Assembly: GCA_965655315.1 (NCBI GenBank) | Contig: CBFHGJ010000008.1 | Coordinates: forward strand, 10,959 to 74,958 | Length of the DNA stretch: 64,000 bases | Direction: 5' to 3' | Origin: Bacteroidia bacterium | GTDB lineage: Bacteria > Bacteroidota > Bacteroidia > NS11-12g > UBA9320 | Shown: positions 57,982 to 64,000 of the stretch, piece after piece | Numbering within the stretch: position 1 is the stretch's first letter | Layout of the letters: each line of letters begins with the position of its first letter | Translations under genes and position numbers: made by a program | Notes under the pieces: generated by a model | The model's database searches: none | What the model saw: only the letters and a program-made list of their open reading frames with translations | What the model was told of the DNA's origin: nothing

Positions 57982-58788
57982 TTAATCTTGATTCCATATT
58001 TCTAGTGCTGCTTGCCAATTGTCAGCAAAGGCAGCATTTGCTCCATTAATCAAAGCTAGATTCCCACCTGTATATATATTCATTGATCGATGATGTACTA
58101 TTGGTGAAATTCGCATTCCGTAAAGTCTACCAAATTTATTCCCAAGAGAATTGAGCTTATTAACGTAATTGGTATTTAACAGATTTGTTATTCTGACACG
58201 TTGAAAGGATTCTGCCTCGTTGAAATAGTCCTCCTCCTTCTGCCACTCGTCTATCAATTCTCCTGTTCTGCTATTGTAAAGTCTCCATCCTATATAAAGA
58301 GGAATACTCCGTCTACCAATGAACATATCTACTTCTCGGTATGCGTTATTTCCTAAATCTTGTCTTCCAATGTCAATACTGTAGCTGTCTGAAATCGATT
58401 GGTCCATCATCTCAAGCGACAAAACCAAATCATTTCCTGCTGCCACAGATTTAACCTCTAATGGAGTGAGTAGCCTTGGAAAATTGCCATAATCTGTATG
58501 CTGATAGTTTGTATAAGTACCAGTTACATTTAGTCGACCTTGTGACAAAATCTGTGAGCGTAAGCCGTTCAGGGTGCTATTCAGAATGCTTGGGTTATTA
58601 GGATTGAGTATAGTGCTATTGATTTGATTATAAGGATAAGCAAGTCTAATTCTGTTCAGAATTACTAAAGATTTTGCTTGCTCAGGAAGTCTTATTTCTG
58701 CAGCAGTTTCACCTGTGGTCCAAGAAATAGTTCTAGTTGGTATACAAGAAGCTAAAAGTATCAGTCCAATAAAGTAGTAAACTTTCAT
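57982..58788 (-). CDS. Lipoprotein of unknown function whose frame continues past its TAA for 52 more codons
   Basis: Lipobox LILLASC. The ORF ends ..ALEIWNQD-TAA and then reads in frame NSEERAKKKAMLYHNLAIYTERMNNNNQARNYARKAVDLHPLG.. down to the TAA at 57823-57825. Confidence 0.6.
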   Translation of the reverse strand: MKVYYFIGLILLASCIPTRTISWTTGETAAEIRLPEQAKSLVILNRIRLAYPYNQINSTILNPNNPSILNSTLNGLRSQILSQGRLNVTGTYTNYQHTDYGNFPRLLTPLEVKSVAAGNDLVLSLEMMDQSISDSYSIDIGRQDLGNNAYREVDMFIGRRSIPLYIGWRLYNSRTGELIDEWQKEEDYFNEAESFQRVRITNLLNTNYVNKLNSLGNKFGRLYGMRISPIVHHRSMNIYTGGNLALINGANAAFADNWQAALEIWNQD

Positions 58789-58837
58789 TAGATATAAAGT
58801 AAACGGATTATTGGATAGTAAAAGGTTGATTTTAAAC

Positions 58838-60865
58838 CTATATCTGCATTCCTTTGAGTTTATCTTCTAAAGTATTCATCTCATCTCTGAGCCTTGCTGC
58901 CTCCATAAAGTCCATTTCTTTTGCTGCTCTGAGCATTTGAGCTTTGGTATTTTCTATAGCTTTTTTAACGCCATCCTTACTCATATATTCCGTCACTGGA
59001 TCCGCAGCTATATTGAACTGAGTATCCTCTGTACCATATGGATTAGTCACTATTTCTAAGTGAGAAGTCTCTCTTTTTTCAAAGACTGAAGCTTTGCTGC
59101 GTATGATAGTTTCAGGATTAATCCCATGTTCCTCATTGTACTTCATTTGAACTAACCGTCTGCGTTCAGTTTCATCTATTGTCTTACGCATACTATCTGT
59201 AATTTTATTAGCATACATAATCACTTTACCGTTTACATTTCGAGCGGCTCTACCTACGGTTTGTACCAAGCTTCGCTCACTACGCAAGAATCCTTCTTTA
59301 TCTGCATCTAAAATAGCTACTAAACTCACCTCAGGTAGATCAAGTCCTTCTCTAAGCAAGTTTACGCCTATAAGTACATCAATATCGCCGGCCCTTAGTC
59401 TATCCAAAATCTCTACTCGATCCAAGGTTTTTACTTCCGAGTGAATATAGGTTGCAGAAATCCCTAGATTTCGAACATATTTATCCAACTCTTCAGCCAT
59501 TCTTTTAGTCAACGTGGTGACTAGTATTCTGTCACCCATCTTCACACGTTCATCTATTTGTTCAAGCAAATCGTCCACTTGGTTGGTACACGGCTTTACT
59601 TCAATTACTGGGTCTAATAGACCAGTAGGACGAATAACTTGCTCCACAATAACACCTTCACTATCCGTTATCTCATAATCGGCTGGTGTAGCACTCACAT
59701 AGACCACTTGATTTGTAGCTTTCGTAAACTCTTCAAACTTGAGTGGTCGATTATCCAGTGCTGCAGGAAGTCTAAATCCATAATCGACTAGATTTACCTT
59801 TCTGCTTCGATCTCCGCCATACATTGCTCTAACCTGAGGAAGTGTTACATGGCTTTCATCTACTATGGTAAGATAGTCTTCAGGGAAATAATCTAGTAAG
59901 CAAAAAGGGCGTTCTCCAGGTTTACGGCCATCCATATACCTACTGTAGTTTTCAATGCCGCTGCAGTACCCAAGCTCTCTCATCATTTCCATATCAAATT
60001 CAGTTCGTTCTTGTAATCGTTTTGCTTCTAGAGGTTTACCGATTTCTCTAAAGTAGTCTACTTGCTTCACCATATCATCCTGTATATGGCGTATAGCATT
60101 ATTTAGTCTTTGCTTTGGAGTAACAAAAAGTTGAGCAGGGAAAACAGCTGCATTTTCCATGGTCTCGATGCGTTGACCCGTTCCTGGGTCTATTGTTTCT
60201 AAGTCTTCTATTTCATCATCAAAGAATCCTACTCTAAGTGCGATATCATCATAAGCTAAATAAATATCTACAGTATCTCCTTTGACACGAAATGTACCCC
60301 TTCTAAAATCTGCCGTGGTTCTGGAGTATAAACTATTGACCAAGGCTTGAAGCAGTGAGTTTCTACCTACTTTCTGACCCACTGATAGACGAATGATACT
60401 GTCTTCATAATCATTGGGGTTCCCCGCACCATAGATACAACTTACTGAAGCTACCACGATTACATCACGTCTTCCACTCAGTAGAGCGGAGGAAGTTTGA
60501 AGTCGCATTTTCTCAATTTCCTCATTTATATTTAGATCTTTTTCAATGTATGTATTGGTAGTAGGTATAAATGCTTCTGGCTGGTAATAGTCGTAGTAAG
60601 ATACGAAGTATTGAACAGAGTTTTCTGGAAAGAAGTGCTTGAATTCCCCATAAAGCTGTGCTACCAAAGTCTTATTATGGCTTATGATTAGTGTAGGTTT
60701 CTGAACCTGCTGAATCACATTTGCCATTGTAAATGTCTTACCTGAACCTGTGACGCCTAATAAGGTTTGTGCTGGTAATCCATCATCTACTCCTCCTACT
60801 AATTGTTTTATTGCGTTAGGTTGATCTCCAGTAGGTTTAAATGACGATTTAAGTTTGAATGACAT
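58838..60865 (-). CDS. uvrB: Excinuclease ABC subunit B
   Basis: Walker A GVTGSGKTFTMA, helicase motifs (DESH, GINLLREGLDLPEV) and a C-terminal UVR domain (MEAARLRDE); 675 aa. Confidence 0.95.
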   Translation of the reverse strand: MSFKLKSSFKPTGDQPNAIKQLVGGVDDGLPAQTLLGVTGSGKTFTMANVIQQVQKPTLIISHNKTLVAQLYGEFKHFFPENSVQYFVSYYDYYQPEAFIPTTNTYIEKDLNINEEIEKMRLQTSSALLSGRRDVIVVASVSCIYGAGNPNDYEDSIIRLSVGQKVGRNSLLQALVNSLYSRTTADFRRGTFRVKGDTVDIYLAYDDIALRVGFFDDEIEDLETIDPGTGQRIETMENAAVFPAQLFVTPKQRLNNAIRHIQDDMVKQVDYFREIGKPLEAKRLQERTEFDMEMMRELGYCSGIENYSRYMDGRKPGERPFCLLDYFPEDYLTIVDESHVTLPQVRAMYGGDRSRKVNLVDYGFRLPAALDNRPLKFEEFTKATNQVVYVSATPADYEITDSEGVIVEQVIRPTGLLDPVIEVKPCTNQVDDLLEQIDERVKMGDRILVTTLTKRMAEELDKYVRNLGISATYIHSEVKTLDRVEILDRLRAGDIDVLIGVNLLREGLDLPEVSLVAILDADKEGFLRSERSLVQTVGRAARNVNGKVIMYANKITDSMRKTIDETERRRLVQMKYNEEHGINPETIIRSKASVFEKRETSHLEIVTNPYGTEDTQFNIAADPVTEYMSKDGVKKAIENTKAQMLRAAKEMDFMEAARLRDEMNTLEDKLKGMQI

Positions 60866-60884
60866 TGCTGCGAATTTAATCTAA

Positions 60885-60920
60885 AAAGAAAGGGGTTTAC
60901 ACTCATGTGCAAACCCCTTC
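60885..60920 (-). terminator. Rho-independent terminator after the small T9SS ORF pair
   Basis: On the minus strand, aggggtttgcac-atga-gtgtaaacccct (one mismatch) is followed by ttctttttag. Confidence 0.7.
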
Positions 60921-60945
60921 TAACTAAATTATGTACCTTAATTTC

Positions 60946-61152
60946 TTATTTCATGAATTTAACTAAGTGCATATTGCCTATTGTGTCTATACCTTTTACA
61001 TAATAGATCCCACTTGGAAGATCAGCAACTTTCAGTTTCAATTTGTATTCTTTTATATCTTCAATTTCAAGTACAATCTCTCCATTCGAAGCTATTATTT
61101 GAAGGTTTTTTAGTTCACTTACGTTAGTAAATGATAAGGCATAATCACTCAT
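60946..61152 (-). CDS. Stand-alone T9SS C-terminal-sorting-domain-like ORF without a signal peptide; probably the 3' half of a split gene
   Basis: ..LQIIASNGEIVLEIED..KVADLPSGIYYVKGID..HLVKFMK has the CTD strand pattern. The start overlaps the upstream stop in ATGA. Confidence 0.45.
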   Translation of the reverse strand: MSDYALSFTNVSELKNLQIIASNGEIVLEIEDIKEYKLKLKVADLPSGIYYVKGIDTIGNMHLVKFMK

Positions 61153-61370
61153 AGAAATGGTACTTCAGTTAGGTCTAAGATTCCATCATTATCATCATCT
61201 AGGTCGGCTAGGTTTAGAACTCCGTCACCATCAAAATCACAATTATCAGCGTACTTGTTCGGGTCGACACATTGTGCTTTTCCGATGATGGATACTGATA
61301 AGAGCATTCCGGTTAAAATGAAACATAAGTAGTAGTATTTCTTCATATCTTTAAAAGTAGTGGACCACAA
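61149..61370 (-). CDS. Small secreted protein with thrombospondin-type-3-like Ca-binding Asp repeats; probably the 5' half of a split T9SS cargo gene
   Basis: Signal peptide MKKYYYLCFILTGMLLSVSIIGKAQ, then CDFDGDGVLNLADLDDDNDGILD. Confidence 0.5.
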   Translation of the reverse strand: MWSTTFKDMKKYYYLCFILTGMLLSVSIIGKAQCVDPNKYADNCDFDGDGVLNLADLDDDNDGILDLTEVPFL

Positions 61371-61471
61371 GATTACTACGAAGAGTATTGCTTTATAGGA
61401 GTAAACCGCTATTGCCAGCAGATTTAGCGTTTAGTTGTAGATTTTTGACGTTGAACGGAAATTGCCAGAAA

Positions 61472-61960
61472 TTAACGTGCAGTAAGAATGGACCCAATGG
61501 TCTTCTTTTGAGATAGCAGTAAGCTACTTTTTTCACCACAATAATTCAATTGGTGCATGTTTTTTTGATTTGGAAAACGATGGACTAACGTGGTATTCTG
61601 TATAGTAAGTGATTTCAGCTTTTTCCTAAACGGGAGAGGTTCAAAATGCACTATAGTCTCAGCAAAGTTTACTTCAACAATCTGTACTGATATATCAGTT
61701 TGCGTATTATTAAGAGTCAAGTTCAAATGAGAAGAAATATATTCTTCAATATTCAAGTACTGAGTCTCAACAGAATCTTCATCTAGTCGAACTTCACTGC
61801 CGCTAAAATTAGAAAGAACAGATTCCAAGTGTTCAGTATCTGTTCGCCAAGTGATTTCAAACTCTTTTTTATCTTCCATAAAGGTGATGTTCATCCATGA
61901 GGTATGAAAGTCGTGCAGCGGTGACACCAAAGCGATAAGGAGCAACCAAAAAGAAATCAT
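61472..61960 (-). CDS. DUF6702-like small protein
   Basis: N-terminal hydrophobic segment then HDFHTSWMNITF.., similar to the H-x-F/Y-H/V-S signature I associate with DUF6702. Divergent from the M1 peptidase gene. Confidence 0.5.
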   Translation of the reverse strand: MISFWLLLIALVSPLHDFHTSWMNITFMEDKKEFEITWRTDTEHLESVLSNFSGSEVRLDEDSVETQYLNIEEYISSHLNLTLNNTQTDISVQIVEVNFAETIVHFEPLPFRKKLKSLTIQNTTLVHRFPNQKNMHQLNYCGEKSSLLLSQKKTIGSILTAR

Positions 61961-62035
61961 TTCGAAACAAATATAGACCTTAGCAGTTACTAAGCTGTGG
62001 AAGAGTGATTTTCCTTTTATTTGCAGCTTCTAATT

Positions 62036-64000
62036 ATGAGAAAAACGATTTTATTTCTTTTTACGGTGTCCCTTTTTTCTTTCAACACGTTTGGACAGAA
62101 AAATAAGACTGCCGAGTCCTTCAACTATAATCTAAATGTGAATCTAAATAAGTTTAGACAGCTTGATTCAGATTTACCAACTCCAAATGTTTATCGAACA
62201 GCCAGTGGAGCTCCGGGGCACTTATATTGGCAGAATACTGCGGACTACGACATGGATATCCGACTTGATGATGAAAACCAGCGAGTCTATGGTGAAGAAA
62301 CTATTACTTACACAAATGTTTCTCCAGATAATTTAGAATACCTATGGGTGCAGTTAGAACAGAATATGAGAAGCCCTCAGTCTGAGACCTATAAAATCCA
62401 GCAAGGAAAATTGGATGATGGAGTTAGTCTATATGAGTATTTTAATATGTTCCACACTTTCCCTGGAGGGTTTAATATCGACTATGTAAAAGATGCCACT
62501 GGAAATGATTTTTCTGTGAAAGTCAATCACACTATGATGAGGATAGATCTTGAAGAACCTTTACAGGCAGGAAAAGCTATTGAGATAAAAATAAAGTGGT
62601 GGTACAATATAAATGATCGAATGGAAATCGGCGGTCGTAGCGGTTATGAATACTTCAAGGAAGACGACAACTACTTATATACTATAGCCCAATTCTTTCC
62701 ACGAATGGCAGTGTATAGTGATGTAACTGGATGGCAAAACAAGCAATTCCTAGGTAGAGGTGAGTTCACGCTGCCTTTTGGAGACTATGATGTGAAATTA
62801 ACAGTACCTAGTGATATGGTAGTAGGAGCCACTGGTGAAATACAAAATGTTAATGAGGTACTAACTGCTCAACAACAAAGTAGATTGGAAAAAGCTCGTG
62901 CAAGTGACGAGCCCGTCTTAATAATAACACAAGAAGAAGCTACGACAAACGAAAAAAGTAGAGCTACAGATTCAAAAACTTGGAATTTCAAAGCAGAGAA
63001 TGTACGAGACTTTGGTTGGTCTGCAAGTAGAAAATTCATTTGGGATGCTCAAGGAGTACCTATGGGTGACCGTGTGGTTATGGCAATGTCATTGTACCCA
63101 AAAGAAGGAAATCCTTTGTGGGAAAAGTATAGCACCAAGGCTGTTGCTTTGACACTTGAAGTGTATTCGAGGCATACGTTTGATTATCCTTATCCAGTAG
63201 CATATTCGGTTCATGCTAAGTCTATTGGTATGGAGTACCCTATGATTTGTTTCAATTTTGGACGACCAAATAAAGAAGGTAAATATTCAGACAATACCAA
63301 GTATAGAATGCTCGGCGTAATCATACACGAAGTAGGACACAATTACTTTCCTATGATTGTCAACTCTGATGAAAGACAATGGACGTGGATGGATGAAGGC
63401 TTGAATACGTTCTTACAGTATCTCACAGAAAAGGAGTGGACAGACGAGACAGGTAAAGCCTTCCCAAGTAGACGAGGTCCCGCTCATAAAATAGTACCTT
63501 ACATGGCTGGAGACAAAAGATACATATCGCCGATTATGAGTAATTCGGAAAGTATATACCAGTTTGGGAATAATGCATATGGTAAGCCATGTACAGCTTT
63601 AAATATATTGAGAGAGACGGTTATGGGACCAGAATTATTTGATCACGCATTCAAAATGTATTCAAATAGATGGATGTTTAAACACCCAAGTCCTGCTGAT
63701 TTTTTCAGAACAATGGAAGATGCTAGTGCCGTTGATTTAGATTGGTTTTGGAGAGGATGGTTCTATTCTACAGATCAGACTGACGTTTCTATCACAGATG
63801 TGAAGGAGTATAAAGTAAATTTCAAAGAGCCTCAAGCAGGTACTTCTAGTAAAAAGGCTAGAAAGATGGTAAAGAAGCAAGGGAAGAAAGCAGAGTTTGA
63901 TCCAATCTTGCAGTCAATTGTAAATGCTAAGAATCCTGCAAAAGCATACTCAATGCTGAAAGAGAATATCACCGATACTCGAAAAGATAAGTTGAATGAA
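62036..64000 (+). CDS. M1-family zinc metallopeptidase, 3' end outside the window
   Basis: Absent from the ORF track, presumably because it has no stop in the window. ATG at 62036, signal peptide MRKTILFLFTVSLFSFNTFGQ. The same frame carries HEVGHNYF at 63326 and WMDEGLNTF (HExxH...E). No competing ORF is listed in 62000-64000. Confidence 0.85.
   Translation, partial: MRKTILFLFTVSLFSFNTFGQKNKTAESFNYNLNVNLNKFRQLDSDLPTPNVYRTASGAPGHLYWQNTADYDMDIRLDDENQRVYGEETITYTNVSPDNLEYLWVQLEQNMRSPQSETYKIQQGKLDDGVSLYEYFNMFHTFPGGFNIDYVKDATGNDFSVKVNHTMMRIDLEEPLQAGKAIEIKIKWWYNINDRMEIGGRSGYEYFKEDDNYLYTIAQFFPRMAVYSDVTGWQNKQFLGRGEFTLPFGDYDVKLTVPSDMVVGATGEIQNVNEVLTAQQQSRLEKARASDEPVLIITQEEATTNEKSRATDSKTWNFKAENVRDFGWSASRKFIWDAQGVPMGDRVVMAMSLYPKEGNPLWEKYSTKAVALTLEVYSRHTFDYPYPVAYSVHAKSIGMEYPMICFNFGRPNKEGKYSDNTKYRMLGVIIHEVGHNYFPMIVNSDERQWTWMDEGLNTFLQYLTEKEWTDETGKAFPSRRGPAHKIVPYMAGDKRYISPIMSNSESIYQFGNNAYGKPCTALNILRETVMGPELFDHAFKMYSNRWMFKHPSPADFFRTMEDASAVDLDWFWRGWFYSTDQTDVSITDVKEYKVNFKEPQAGTSSKKARKMVKKQGKKAEFDPILQSIVNAKNPAKAYSMLKENITDTRKDKLNE

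Noticed and set aside
37656-57984. Genome-wide TAA reassignment or suppression as the explanation for the two in-frame TAA codons
   Set aside because: TAA closes several well-defined genes in this window at their expected ends, for example the YbaB-like gene, the ASST-like gene, the fused E1 gene and the TonB-dependent-type receptor. A general recoding is therefore not tenable. Site-specific read-through or plain nonsense mutation remain the options.
1-64000. tRNA, rRNA, CRISPR arrays, prophage, toxin-antitoxin or known defence-system genes
   Set aside because: Intergenic regions are short, the longest being 225-310 bp. None shows tRNA T-arm or acceptor signatures, regularly spaced repeats, or small paired ORFs. 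Every long ORF has a metabolic, envelope or regulatory assignment, or is a secreted hypothetical.

Overview
The window is chromosomal DNA from a Bacteroidota genome, probably Cytophagia- or Flavobacteriia-like. Support: many C-terminal T9SS sorting domains, a PorP/SprF-like gene, TAnnTTTG -7 promoter boxes about 15-55 nt upstream of start codons, little Shine-Dalgarno usage, and roughly 38-40% GC judged by eye. About 55 real genes are tightly packed. I saw no rRNA, tRNA, CRISPR array, transposase, integrase or recognisable defence system. Core metabolism includes acs, glmS, metK, menB, trxA, xth, uvrB, anmK, a Glu/Leu/Phe/Val dehydrogenase, SDR-type tdh, threonine aldolase, a fused 2-oxoacid dehydrogenase E1 and a TetR-fadB-thiolase-ACAD beta-oxidation operon. 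Envelope and secreted functions include many small beta-barrel OMPs, a TonB-dependent-type receptor, two TlpA-like paralogs, DUF4476 and FKBP. The points most worth a second look are these. (1) A TetR-paaA ... paaB-paaC-paaD phenylacetyl-CoA oxygenase cluster is split by two tandem, internally duplicated T9SS-secreted jelly-roll paralogs, and no paaE or other paa genes lie nearby. (2) A compact three-gene operon encodes only T9SS cargo: an arylsulfotransferase-like propeller, a CotH kinase with a lamin-tail domain, and a Reg_prop propeller. (3) Five envelope or sensory genes look disrupted: two by in-frame TAA codons, two by frameshifts in A/T-rich runs, and one by an ATGA-overlap split. (4) Several small cis elements stand out: a palindromic candidate TetR operator abutting a -7 box, a hairpin covering a start codon, and an interleaved palindromic element after the fad operon. 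All family assignments come from reading motifs by eye against remembered family signatures. No search was run, so every product name is a hypothesis to confirm with HMM or BLAST.
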